A stretch of DNA of 64,000 nt from Nemertoderma westbladi (taxonomy: Eukaryota > Animalia > Xenacoelomorpha), in assembly GCA_032718475.1 (NCBI GenBank), contig JAUCBJ010006694.1, forward strand, positions 29,167-93,166. The letters run 5' to 3'. The position numbers and the translations under genes are program-made. Shown piece by piece: positions 32,352 through 45,230 of this stretch (its first letter is position 1; every line of letters begins with the position of its first letter). A model generated the notes under the pieces. The model was not told the origin of the DNA. It did no database searches and saw only the letters and a program-made list of their open reading frames with translations.

Positions 32352-35300
32352 TAGTCTGATTTTTAACTCAAAGATAGCTGTAGGCCTGCCGACAATAAGA
32401 CCAAGAAAGATACCAGTACTAGGCCTATCCAGATTTTATATTTTGAGTCAGACTACAGCCAGACAGCACAATGTCACCGCTCTTAATCTCCACAGTTGCC
32501 ATCGTTCTGGGCCGTTTCGTTGTGGCAGAACCATCCGATCCATGGGGTAACCCTGCAACCCACCCAATACCGGTATTGGACTGGTTTGCCGAACACCCTG
32601 TCGATACCGTTTCGAACTGCCGCGCCGAATCGACGGAGATGTGGTCGACGAGTGGATTTAGCCTCTACTGCTCTCATCGGGGAAGAAGATCTTGGGTCTC
32701 CTCTCCACGAACTAGAGGCCTAATCGCCAAACTCTGTCTTCTGTCTCTGGTTGGGGATATTGAAACCAACCCAGGACCCAGCAGGACGCGGGCCCCGAAG
32801 ATCAACTGTCCCGTCTGTCAACGAGGAACAAACTCTCGGAGTAAGATCATCCAATGCGAGAGTTGTGACACATTTGTACATTTAAAATGTTACCGTAGGA
32901 AAAGCAGTAATTTATTCTCCACCAGAAACAATCTTGAGCCAAGTTTTCTCTGCAATAGCTGTATTTTTACCGAACTTCCCTTTCATGATACTATTTTAGA
33001 ATCAGAAACCGACGATTCATTCCTCACATCGCCTCTGCAAACTCCAAGTGATGCTGAGAGTGAAACTTTTACATTTTTTAAGAAAAAAGGTCTGCATTTT
33101 TTGCATTTAAATGCACGATATCTTCTTCCCAAATTTTCCGAAATTCGTATTTTAATCAATAAATCCAATCCAGCAGTTTTAACAATCTCTGAAACTTGGC
33201 TCGATGATAGCGTTTCTTTATATATGTATATTTATATTGATAATTACGTAGTTTTACGTAAGGATAGGGACAGACAAGGTGGTGGTGTCCGTACTTACAT
33301 TCGATGTGATTTAGCTTTTAATCGTAGGGAAGATTTAGAGACTTGTGACGAAGTTTTACTGATGGAACTTTTACTTCCTAAAACTAAACATATTTTAATT
33401 GGTACTTTATATCGGCCCCCTAAACAATCAGATTTTTTGCAAAGTTTTGAAAGTACAATTTTATGTAATCTTAGTTCAGACTGTGAAATATATTTCTATT
33501 ATATAGTGATTTTAATATCTGTTACCATCACAAAGCATCCCCCATCCGTAAACAGTAACAAAGTATTTTAAATTTGTTTGGTTTAAAACAAATTATTCGA
33601 GATTCTACCAGAATTACCAGTAAAACTTCTACTTTACTAGATCACATCCTTTGTAATAATACCGATATTATTTCTCAATCTGGGGTTTTACCTTTAGGTC
33701 TAAGCGATCATTTTATAGTTTTTTGCACAAGAAAGACACAACAATCTTTTTTCGGGGATCAAAAAACAGTAACTGTTAGGTCTATGAAAAATTACAGCAA
33801 GGAACGCTTTTTAAGTTTGTTAGTAAATTCTGACTGGGAACCCTGTTTTAAGGCCGCTGACATTAACCTTGCCTACACTGTTTTTCAAGATATATTTCTA
33901 AAGGCACTTAATACTGTAGCACCAATTAAAGAAATTAGTCTTAAACAACGCACTGAGCCCTGGATGACCTCGGGTATTCTTAGTAATATCAGAGAAAGAG
34001 ATAACTTTTTGTATAAATTTAGGAAATACCGTATTTTAGCTGATTATAATAAATACTGCAAATATAGAAACCTTGTCCAACGGGAAATAAAAAAAGCGAA
34101 ATCTGAATATTTGTACAACAAAATAAGTGAGAATAAAGATAATCCTAAAAGTCTATGGTCTACCCTAAAATCTTTAGGTTATAAAAACCTTAAATCTAAA
34201 TCGAATATTGTTCTGCAAGATAACGGTGAGCTGATTCATGATCATACTCTAGTTAGTAATTTATTTAATAATTATTTTACTAATGTTGCCTCTAATTTAG
34301 TTAAGAAGTTACCGTTATCAAGTAATTAATATAGTATAGGGTCCGAAACTCTAAATAATTTTTATTTAGAAAAGTTACAAAATTCAGAAAAGTTATTTTT
34401 AAAACCCGTTTCTGAGGATTTCGTTTTTCAAAATCTACTTAGCCTATCAGCCTCAAAAAGTACCGGTCTAGACCTAATACCTGCCCGTTATCTTAAGGAT
34501 GGTGCTGAAGTACTTAAAGTGCCTATTACTTTTATTATTAATTACTCTATCGTAGATAATGTAGTACCAGACGAACTGAAATTAGCTAAGGTTGTTCCTC
34601 TGTATAAAAAGAATAGTAAAGTAGAACCCTGTAATTACAGACCTGTTAGTATCTTAAGTATTGTATCTAAAATTCTAGAACGTTCTGTTTTTCTACAGCT
34701 GGAAGCACATCTGAGTAGGCTAAATTTGATCTATGAACTTCAGTCCGGTTTTCGTAAATCATATTCTACAGACACCTGCTTTATTAACTTAACTGATACA
34801 ATTAGATGTAATAACGCAAAGGGTTTATATACTGGTATGGTAATGTTGGACTTGCAAAAGGCTTTCGATACTGTAGATCACGAAATTCTGCTTGGTAAGT
34901 TAGGCCTGATGGGTGTAGGTTCTATAGACTGGTTCATGTCCTACCTGTCAGACAGAGGTCAAACTGTAGTCATTAGCAAATCGCAGACTACTGTACAAGA
35001 GATTACCTGTGGTGTACCGCAAGGTAGTATATTAGGTCCTCTGCTTTTTGTATGCTATGTAAATGATATGATAAGTAGTATAGATCCCGATTTTAAACTC
35101 ATTTTATATGCCGACGACAGTGCTCTTATTTTCTCTTATAAAGATCCTATCCATATTTCCCAAAAGTTAAGTGCAGTTCTAGAATCCTGTAATGAGTGGT
35201 TGGTTGATAATAAGCTATCCATTCACTACGGTAAGACTGAAAGTATTTTGTTTGGTTCCAAAAGAAAGTTAAAGAAGGTAACTAAGTTTGATGAAGTCAC

Positions 35301-36317
35301 TAGTAATGGACATAAGATTGAAAATAAAAAGGAAGTTAAATATTTAGGCGCCACATTGGATAACTGCTTATCAGGAGAAAGTACAGTGAAAAATATTTTC
35401 TCGAAAGTTAACAGTAGGCTTAGGTTTCTATACAGAAATAAAAATAGTTTGAACACCAACTCCCGCAAGTTACTTTGCTCTTCTTTAATACAGTGTCACA
35501 TGGACTATGCGTGCTCTTCTTGGTATGAAGGCTTAACCAAACAGTTTAAATGTAAATTACAAGTAGCTCAGAATAAAGTAGTACGATTTATTAAAGACTA
35601 CAAACCTAGGCACCACCTAACTCCAGATGACTTTTCTGAATCTGGACTACTTAACATAGATAGTAGAGTTAAGCAGCTACGCATTAACCATGTGCATAAA
35701 GTGTATAATGGTAAATGTCCCAATAATTACCTAAAACAAAAATTCAACAGAGTACGCGATACACACTCTTATAGTACCAGAGCTAGTGCTTCAAACTTCT
35801 ACCTCCCGAATTGTAAATCCTTTGAATCTGATACTTTCTTTTTTAACGGCATTAAAAATTGGAACGCTCTGCCTAATGAAATTAAAAACCTAGATAATCA
35901 ACATTCTTTTAAATCAGCAGTTAAATCTCACCTCCGTGTGCAATGTAAAAATAGGTACAATAGTCCTACAGTAAGTTATTAGTTTATTAATTATTTACTA
36001 TTTATACTGTAAATACGTTTTATATTAAATTGTTCTGTACATTACATCTTTATCGTTGAATCGGACATTGTCACGCGCTCGGTAAAGTAGTACTTGTACA
36101 TAGTGTAATTACGTTTTATATTGTTTTTTTTTTACATTGTTAGCGTAGTGTAATATTGTATTTGTAACCAAGTAACATAAAGAACGCCCTTGGAAATAAG
36201 CTGCAAAGCTTTAGGGGTAATCCTATATGTTATGTTGGACAATACCTTTATACCGGTACATTGTTTGGTGTATTTGTTATTGTTTTTACATAATGTATAA
36301 ATAAATCTATCTATCTA
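32352..36317 (+). mobile_element. CR1/L2-group LINE (2A-PHD-APE-RT), with stop and frameshift lesions
   Basis: GDIETNPGP; PHD CPVC..CESC..H..C..CNSC; APE HLNARYL, SETWL, SDH; [29 protein letters not shown]; 3' AATAAA(TCTA)n tail at ~36299-36317. Confidence 0.9.
32756..32779 (+). other. 2A-like ribosomal skipping motif DIETNPGP
   Basis: Matches D(V/I)ExNPGP and is preceded by hydrophobic LCLLSLVG. Confidence 0.8.
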
Positions 36318-36822
36318 CAAAGTTCGGGGTTTCAACTGTGACGGGATCCCTGAGTTGGTGAGGGAATCCCGACCGGGTTTTGTCTTGGTTTAATACGCGT
36401 CGCCGCGTCCGCTTGCTGTGGTTGAATGACTGAAAGGCCGGTATAATAAACTGAGTTTGGTGTTAATGTTGTTAATTTCAGATAAGTATACAAGTACCGG
36501 TAGATGGCACAATCAGTAATCACAATGATAACAGACAACGACAGTGGTTGAAAACCATCCGACTTCTGCTCACCCAATATACCAACTAAAGTACAATTGA
36601 CAGAGTAACGGTTATATATTACATGGGACACATTAATTACCTAGGTGTGGCCAACCAGTGGACGCGCTGTAATTGGACATGGACATTGGACACATGCTGT
36701 CCCTCCATTGGTCGATCTATCCCCTGTTCCTATGCTAACTTCTACCCTGTGATAAGCTGTGTGCTGGTATCTCTCCCTGTGGCTGGCACTGTATATTGCT
36801 AGGTGCAAATTGTTAGGTGACA
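36318..36822 (-). mobile_element. Probable leader, degenerate tRNA-Leu-like PBS (~36557-36575) and 5' LTR of the element whose gag lies at 31340-32350
   Basis: Minus-strand GGGTGAGCAGAAGTCGGAT resembles the TGGTGTCAGAAGTGGGAT-type PBS; possible TGTCAC LTR start at 36822. Confidence 0.35.
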
Positions 36823-37979
36823 TTATATGTGTAATGTCACCTAATCAACCATAATTGGTAAAAAGCCACTTTCTCCATTTTCCACTGGGTAGTGCAACGA
36901 ATTGGATACGCTAACATTCACGAAGGTGTCATTTAAGATTTCATGTCATTTAATTTAAACGAAACTTCTGGGTACCATTTAACTTTATCTAATGTCATTT
37001 TACACTTAGAAATTTTACAGAAAGACTGAAAGAAGAATACAACAGACATACATATTTAGTAGTTGAAAACGAGATAAGGCTGCGTTCACACTGGTATTTT
37101 TTGAGAGATTGAAAAACGACCAAAAGTCTAAATTTACCAATATTCATTAACAAGAGATACTTGGAAAAAACACTAGCTAGCATAAACAACAAGAAATAAT
37201 ACCAAACATAGATAGTACATAGATAAACATAAGAAGATATTTTTTTATGTCTTAATTCAGTGCAACCCCACCCCCCTCTGAATCTTAATGAAATTGAGTG
37301 GTATATTAGCATTCGGAAGTTGCAAGTTTTAGCATCGTCTCGAGGCTATTTAATTGCTAAACAATCTACTGTAGAACACTCTAAAAATGAATGTAATAAA
37401 AACTGTGTCCTAATAGATAGTAATTAAATAGGCTCAATAAAACACTTTTCAAACCCTTGTAGTTAAGGATTGAAAGCGAAAATAAATATTCTGACGCACC
37501 CAGTATGGATGAGGGAGGTAAAACAATATATATTTCAAATTTCATGCAATCTCATTAAGATTTGTAGAAAAATTGGTGGCCAAGTCACTGAATTAAGACA
37601 ATATTCCAGATGGTGTAGGCACGCACCAACGAAGTGGAACTGGCATTTACCAATAATAAGAATAGCTATTAAAAATAAGTTGTTTCAAAATTATAATACT
37701 TACTATTGAAATGAATCATAAAAATATGTTCAAGAAGACTTTTATTATAAAATCCTTCATTAACTATTTGCATTATTGTGTGCAAAATAGCACTTTGCAG
37801 CGTTATGACCCGAGTTTATTTATGTACCGAGCGAGTGCAGCGAGGGAGGTTTACATAAATAAACACGAAGTGGGGCCTTCGCGCAGCACGTGACTTAAAT
37901 TTAATTTAAGTACTAATTCGAAAGTATTACTGTATTAGCAAATTTTAAGCAGATTTCGCCTAATCACTTTTTACCTCTT

Positions 37980-38790
37980 TCATTTCTATTCAGACATTTC
38001 TGACTCTAGCGGTATAGTGAGAACTGAAGATGGATTAGGGTCTCCAGCCCCACAAAGACACAGCCTATGGATGAATAGTACATACGTACATCGGCCAAGT
38101 TTCATCTTGAATAACGGATAACGAAATGAGAGACGGATCTCACTTTCAGAAATTTCGTCGTATAGCGGCAGACCGATTAAATCTCCCCCCCCCCCCCCCC
38201 CCCCCCCCACAAAGACGCAGTAAAAGTAGATAAAGTAGTCCTATAGCGGGTGACTGTTGAACTGATTTTCAACAAAACAAATTTTCAACTTGGCAGCTTT
38301 AAATTCGACAAAGTTATAAGCATGTCAATATCATAACGACGACAACGATTTCACTTTCAGAAATTTGGCCCTCTAGCGGCAGACTGGAGAACTGCAGATG
38401 GATTCGCCTCCTTTGAAAGTCACAGCTAATGGTCTAATACATATCTGCCAAGTTTCAGCTTAAACGGATTAAAAGCAAAGAAATGGGAGGGCATTTAATG
38501 TTTAGACATGTGGCCCTCTAGCGGGAGACCATTGCACTGATGGTGTCTGAAAGTCTCTCAAAAATCTCAACTTTTGCTCATATTGATACCTACAAATTTT
38601 CAACTTGGCAGCTTTAAATCCGACAAAGTTATTAGCATGTCAAAATCGTAACGACGACAACGACGACGACGACGACGACGACAACGACGACGACGACGAC
38701 GACAACTATTTGCATAAATTGACCCACCCCCTAACAGTGTCAATTCGCTAAGGCTCCGCCAACTTCGTGGCTCGCCCCACAAGGGTCTTT
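37980..38790. repeat. Non-coding repeat with internal duplications, a poly-C run and a (CGA/CAA)n microsatellite; probably a non-autonomous DNA or rolling-circle element
   Basis: TTTTCAACTTGGCAGCTTTAAAT at ~38282 and ~38597; CACTTTCAGAAATTT twice; microsatellite at 38651-38706. Confidence 0.5.
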
Positions 38791-39774
38791 AACGCTGAAA
38801 AGTGACCTTTGCACACAATGATATATATGGAATTTTGTTACATTATCTCAACTTATCAGCGTTCGGTATGCGAAGAAACGATTTTATGGATATTACATTT
38901 ATACATTTTAATCATGTAGGCTACTATGTCTAATATAAGTGAAATTTATTAACAGGTACACAGTATTAATTATACACTTAAATCTAATTAAAGTTTATTG
39001 GAAGTTATCTCCTGCATGGATGTGATAAATCATTAACCCATCTTGACTTTAGTCGACTGAAGCAAACTTAGTCACGTCTGTGTCCGTTAAGTTTTACTGA
39101 ACATTGTCGCCATTTTCTTTGGTCAATTTCTGTTTCTTCTATTAGATGTTTCAACATATTGGATTACAGTACACGTTAAACAATTATTTACATACAGTAG
39201 CTAGTCCCGTCACTGCAAACTGGATAATAAAGCAGCACGTATTAATATAAATGGAAATAATACATTCTGGAATACGGTAATTGGAGTTGTTTCCTTGTCA
39301 TTGATTACTTTGTAGCGTTCCGTCCTATAGGCCGCAACGCTGCAAAGTAGTACTTTGCAGCGTTACGAGTAATTCACCAGAACGCTGTTAAGTTGACATA
39401 ATGTAACAAAATATATTAAAAATTACTAGAAAAGCATTTCACGAAGCTAAGGAATATTAAACACACTTTGACTAATCAGATTAATGTTTTACCGAGTTAA
39501 AAGTCATATGTCTTAATTCAACTGCCATTACCATGGGAACTGTACTTTTCTAGAACTGCTCGGTTTTACATTAAGATCCAGTTTGTGGTTCCAGGTGAAC
39601 CAAATCGACTTCAAGGAAGTTTCATTGAGTAGTTGATGTCCAAAATTAAGGATGTATTTGTTAAAACATATGTTTGCAGTGGTTGTCATGGAAACTGATA
39701 AATATAACAACGATAATTGGATGCAGAATAAGTGATATAGTGAGGGTAGGGGTTGATACCAAGTCGTAATACTA

Positions 39775-40055
39775 GTAAAGTAAAGTAAAGTAAATTTTCT
39801 TCGGCCACTAGGCCAGGGATTACGCACAAAGTCTGACGACTTATTTCCAGTGCGCTCCCCCCAGAACTTTACTCCCCAGAGGAAACTCCAGTACTCATTT
39901 AGCTACCACTTAAGGATGCAAGGCAGAGATGCGCCCTGGCTGGTCCCTTTAAAGCATTCGTGTCGAAACGAAAACTGCCCTGGCCCATGTGAGGATCAAA
40001 CCCACGACCTACGGGAGATGTGAATTCAATGCAACCACTACACCAAGGTGGAACC
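39775..40055 (-). mobile_element. tRNA-derived SINE
   Basis: A box TGGTGTAGTGG, B box GGTTTGATCC, (TTTAC)n tail; second copy at 63382-63494. Confidence 0.8.
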
Positions 40056-40986
40056 TTGGTGTATCTTAATGTTATGGTTTTTTGCTGCCAATGCTAACTG
40101 TATACAGAAATCTTATATTTTCATCGGGTTATTATTCGGTTTCAGTGCATATAATATTTGTGCTTCGAATGTATTGAATAGCCCATAAGGTTGTTTATAT
40201 TGTTGCCTAACAACGGTTGTAGTTTTGCTGAACTCTCATTGGTAGCTACCGAATATTCTATATAGCCGGTATTCTTGCGTCTTATTGGCTGTTCTATCTT
40301 TACTGAACATTGTGTATTCATATATAACTGTTCTTAGCCTCGCTAAGGCAGGGCTTAACCTGATAACATCTCAGGTAATTTACATCGATTTTATAGCCTA
40401 GTAAGTCACGTTAGTTATAGTGGCCTACGATATTTTACCTAATCACTTGTATTAACAACTAATTGCTTGCATTAACAACTAATCATTTGCAATCTATTAT
40501 ATTTGCACTACTTGTTGATGAATATATTGGACTAAAGATCAAACCAACTTGATTTCCACACGATAAACGTAAGTGCGCCCTGTCAATAATAAGATTCGGT
40601 TCATTTAATGCGAATGTGTGAGTCCTCAGTATTGTTATATTATTCCCAACTAGTAACTATTATTTACCAGCGATGCAAGTGATTCGAGTAAATTGTGCGC
40701 TTACCACGCACTAGGCAAAGTAGCGTCCTACCTGTGATATATGTAAGTCATACGTACATTTACTAGCCAACAACACAATATAACGGAACGGTTTACACGT
40801 AACTATTGTACCCCTTTGAAGCAGTTTGTAAGTGCTGAGGCCTTATACTTACAGTAACTAATTCTAGATCTCGTTAAGATATATATATTAGATAATATAG
40901 TTAAAAAATTCAAAATTTACATGGCAATATAATTATGATCATTAAACATTAAATTCTTAAAAGTAATTAAAAACAAATAAATAAGT

Positions 40987-41040
40987 AAACCAGATATTAA
41001 AAACGTTAATGCATTTCAAAATCTTCAGAACGTCTGGTTT
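40987..41040 (-). ncRNA. Minimal (Penelope-type) hammerhead ribozyme
   Basis: Minus strand AAACCAGA-CGTT-CTGAAGA-TTTT-GAAA-TGCA-TT-AACG...TCTGGTTT: core boxes, no helix II, palindromic helix III, closed helix I; ~100 nt downstream of the Penelope ORF. Confidence 0.7.
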
Positions 41041-41140
41041 TAAAAATAATAAAGTAACATTATTGGAAACTCAATAAGGTTTATATAGTTTATGAGATCG
41101 ACAAAATCTGGGCCCACTTTACAACAATTGGTTCTTAGTT

Positions 41141-41914
41141 CTATTGTTGGCTGTTCAAAGAAGATTGGTATTTATCAATGAAATGTTGTTCGTAGCCTTC
41201 TAATAAGTTTTCATGTCGACAACAGAAGAATGGGGCCACTTTAAATTGGTTTTCCCCGCAGTTGTGAAAGTGTTTGCTACACCTTAAATGTCTATAACGT
41301 TCATTGAGTATTTGGTTTCTGTGGAGATTAATTCGGTGTCTGAAGTCCATGGTCTGACCAATATAATTTACGGGACAGTTCTGACAATACATGACGTATA
41401 CAACATTGGTGCTTCTGCAGGAAAGTTCGTGCTTAATTTTAAAAGTTTCCCCATTCTGCATAGTCAGGCTATCTCCCTCGACTAAAATGTCGCAAATGTC
41501 ACAAAGTGAGTGTTTGCACTTAGTAATGCCAGGTGTAATCACTTTCTTTTGGCGGCCCAAAATGCTTTTTAGTGAAGGAGGTTGTCTAAACGCACAGATT
41601 AGTCTTTTATTTTTCAAATTGTTCCCGATTCTCCCATTCCCCACAGATAGTAAGTTAACCGCTGTCTGAGATCCGTATTTATTCATTATGATTTTCTCAA
41701 TTTTATCTTCTAATTCGGCAAGTGTTAGGTTAGCATAGGGGACTGCACATTTGGTACCCATGGCGGTGCCCTTCTTCTGATTGTGATACGATTTAGCACC
41801 TGTTACAGCTGAAGTAAAAGTAAAAAAATTGTTTTTCAGAACAATTTCTAGGCCATCGATAATAAATTCTTTGGTAAAGCGGTCAAGTTTCGATCTATTA
41901 CGGTTGTGGTACAA
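41141..41914 (-). pseudogene. Penelope-like element remnant: RT fragment fused by deletion to a GIY-YIG endonuclease
   Basis: KGTAMGTKCAVPYANL (Penelope RT); C..C..C, NVVYVMYCQNC, YIGQT, R...H (GIY-YIG). Confidence 0.85.
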
Positions 41915-42449
41915 ATAGAGTTAATAACTTAGACTTGAATGATGTAGACTTTAATAAACTCCAGTTACCAAGGTAACTAGATATTTCTTGAATGTTTTGA
42001 GTTTTACAAAAAGTTCCAAAGAGGAGTCCAGATAACACATAGGGGCCATCCATAAATGACGTCACGCTGGACAGGGGGGGGGGGGGGGGTTTGGTATTTC
42101 GTGACGATTTGTGACGAGGGGGAGGGGGGGGGGGGGGGGTGTCCGCAATTTCGTGACGTCACATTATAAGTTTCCGATAAAAATTACTGCATATTAAATA
42201 CATAACATGTATTTATACTTGTATACTATAAAACGTGTATACTATTAACGTGTTTACTATTAAACTATTACCTCTTCCAATGATAACCATTAAAATCTTA
42301 CATTACGACCTCTACTGCCCTTCCATAATTGGTAAAATTAGAGAGCGTGTTTGTAAAGAATGTCATATTTACTTTGCATCGAAAGTTTTACTAAAAATCT
42401 TACATCCCTTCATGGTAGCGGTAGTTCCAAAACCCGTTTTGATTATCAA

Positions 42450-42810
42450 TCCCCTGCGACTACTACTAGGATCGGCATGCTGCATTGCAGCTGCATTTTT
42501 AAGAATGCTGTACCGGCTTGTCGACAAAATTGCGCCGCTACAAATCCCTATCACCCATAACATTTGCTAGATCATCCGCATCTTCAAGGCCAGTGTCCTT
42601 TAAGATGCGTCTCAAGAATGTCATGGGCTGTCCACCATGCTTATTCACTACATGAGGCTGCCAAAGTACAAGATTATGCACTGGCAGGTCCTCACGCCGA
42701 AAGCAATGTCCTGCAAAGCGGAGGCCGATCCCCTGCAAACCCAGTAGCTGATGTCTCAACAAGGGCCATTATAAGCATGATAGACCACCTGTCGTACCCA
42801 TGGGAGCATG
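42450..42810 (-). mobile_element. RTE-clade LINE 3' fragment
   Basis: LRFAGHCFRREDLPVHNLVLWQP; similar to ~62170-62400. Confidence 0.65.
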
Positions 42811-42908
42811 TCTGAAAAAACTCGTATTACTGTAATTTGTAATGTTGGTTTATAGCTATAGTTGACAAATTTATTCCAGATTTATTGTTCTAATAATATA
42901 AGAGTAAT

Positions 42909-44061
42909 TGTTCGCGCTTTTAGACCTTTAGCAGTTTAACCTGCCAATTTTAGTTGTCTTTTTTTTTATAGATCGACTTTAGCCTAGACCAATTATTTAA
43001 TGTACGGAAGTTACATCCGCCGAAGCCAGTCTGTGCGCGACCATTCACCCACAGTTAAGGGAGACTGGATTCGGATGCTTTGATAGTGATTGCAGTGTAG
43101 ACCTACTGTATTATTCGATTGATCGTTAATATATAATCTCTGACAATATATTTACTTTCGGGGAAATATTAACAGTTCCTTTAGGACGTGGCGCTTTAAG
43201 TATAAAAACAGAGTTATGACTTATACTAATCACAACAAGATGGCCAAAGAGTTTCGTAAAAAGCGCATTCTTTAGGAGATGCTTTATTAACCCTCACACT
43301 ACTTCACACGGCTTCACACTACTTCACACTACCTCACACTGATCTGCCGACCGTCACTGAATTTGATCATATATAAGGAGGATCGCAACTGACACATGTA
43401 GGGATTATGAAATAGCATTTAATTCACACTGAAACCACTATAATGTAAGTCGCAGTTGCTACCGGTAAACCTGTTCCTCTAACCTTCAGTCATCAAGAAG
43501 ATTGGGGGTTTTATGATTATTTATCGGTATTCTCCAAATATATCAGCAATATACAATTAACATAACACCAATTAATAACAGAAGCAAATAATGCGGTGAA
43601 CAGTCAGTATGTGTTACTTATGCAGTGTTCCATGTGCAGCAATGCATGAATTGCGGTGTGATGCTGTAGTTGAATCGTTAATAGTTTTACGTTCTTGTAA
43701 TCAAAGCCATCAGATGAGATGTTTAGGCCAAAGTCTGAAACTTCTACACAGAAGCACAGAAGAATTCCAAGCCGGTGTTCTGAGGCTCAGAAATGGTTAA
43801 CAAAGACCGTAATGCATTGCGCGGGTTTCCTGTAGGCCCTTGTCCAACATAAAGTAAAAATCGCTCTGATTGGCTGTGCTAGGCAGAACAAAGAAAGGTT
43901 CCACGTTTACAGTAAATCAGCTGACAGATTTCGTCATCTGAGCTCCAGTCTTTTAGAGTATTAGGCGCATTGCGGCAAAAATGACTTGTTACGTCCGCTA
44001 AAGCACCTACACGGTACATTGCGGGGAAAAATGACTTGTTATGTCCGCAAAAGCTTTTACA
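42909..44061 (-). repeat. Solo LTR of a diverged subfamily of the A-D Bel/Pao family
   Basis: TG...CA termini; perfect 5-bp TSD GTAAT (42904-42908 and 44062-44066); conserved blocks shared with 9447-10704. Confidence 0.9.
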
Positions 44062-45230
44062 GTAATAATTTAATTTTATATAGTGTGACGTGACATTGGG
44101 GGGGGGGGGGGGGGGTAGCCATTTCGTGACAAATTGTGACGAAAGGGGGGGAGGGGGTCAACAATGTCTTTAAAAAACGTGACGTCATTTATGGATGTCC
44201 CCCATTCACAGTTTCAGAGATTGTTATCGTGAAGTCTATGTTCAAAATGAACATTCACATTTTGTGCAGAGCAGGTGCACAATTTGTAATTTCACTATTT
44301 TTGAGAAACCACCTAAGGGACCTAGCGTTCTAATATATAAAACACAATGAAGCACACTAACTAAATTACTATAAACTACCTACCTAACTATATACAAAAG
44401 TACAAAATCAGTCTAACCCGCTGTGTCAGTAGGGGGCGCGGGGACAGCTGGCGACAAAACCTCGTCGTAGAGGCCGTTGGACAGAGGGTCCATGGAGCCG
44501 AGGATGGAGGCCATGTTGCCGATCAAGATGGCTACGAGGAGGCACTCACACAAGATAGTCCGTGGAGACCATCTGGTCTTACTTCGGATCCGCACCGGGA
44601 GCACCTGTGGGGTTCGGTTACCTTGCAACCGAGGTGTGTGGCGACTGAAACCCTGAACTGGGAGTCTGTGAGTTTCAGCCCCAGCGAGCTGATGGGAATT
44701 GCGTCCAGCCAACAACCGGATACCAGGTCGTCGACGACGTTAAGGTAGGCAATCTCGAGCGGCATTGTTGTGGCCGCCCACAGTGCCGCGCGGTTCGCCT
44801 CATGGAGTGGATCCATCCAGGCCCTCTGTATGGTGGTGTCGGTTGGTGTGGTGGTTCCGGCGGGGAGGGCGGCATTCCACACCTCGTGGGCATGTGGTAC
44901 CGAGGCGGGTTGTCTGGAGGGCTTAAATAAGCGGCTCGAGAGAGCTGTGCACGCAGCAGCTGAAGCCAAAATGCGGAAGGTGCTAGCTGCAGTGCAGAGC
45001 TCAACCCGAGGCCACCCATTGCCGGGAAACAGGCCTGAGATCCGGGTGTTCGCGATCTCCTGGAGGGCACCCCGCAGAGTTGAGTTGTACTCCTCCAGGA
45101 GTCCCGGGTGCTGGAAGCAAGGCGTGGCACGGAGGAAGTAGGTGAGCCGGGGGATGGCGAAGAAATGACGGAGGAGGAAGTATGCGTGGTGAGAGTCGAG
45201 GAGGTGCAGCTGGCTGGCGAGCGTGGCAAG

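Larger units (their letters stand above)
42042..44202. mobile_element. MITE / non-autonomous TIR element carrying nested insertions
   Basis: TIRs GGGGCCATCCATAAATGACGTCACG / CGTGACGTCATTTATGGATGTCCCC; subterminal poly-G; flanks CAT(A)/CAT(T). Confidence 0.8.

Noticed and set aside
36900-39760. Host protein-coding exons in the AT-rich intervals (also 52000-53100 and 62500-64000)
   Set aside because: Only short low-complexity ORFs with no recognisable domains; small exons cannot be excluded without transcript data
39980-40055. tRNA gene
   Set aside because: A and B boxes are present but there is no cloverleaf; it is the head of a SINE with a core, a tail and a second copy
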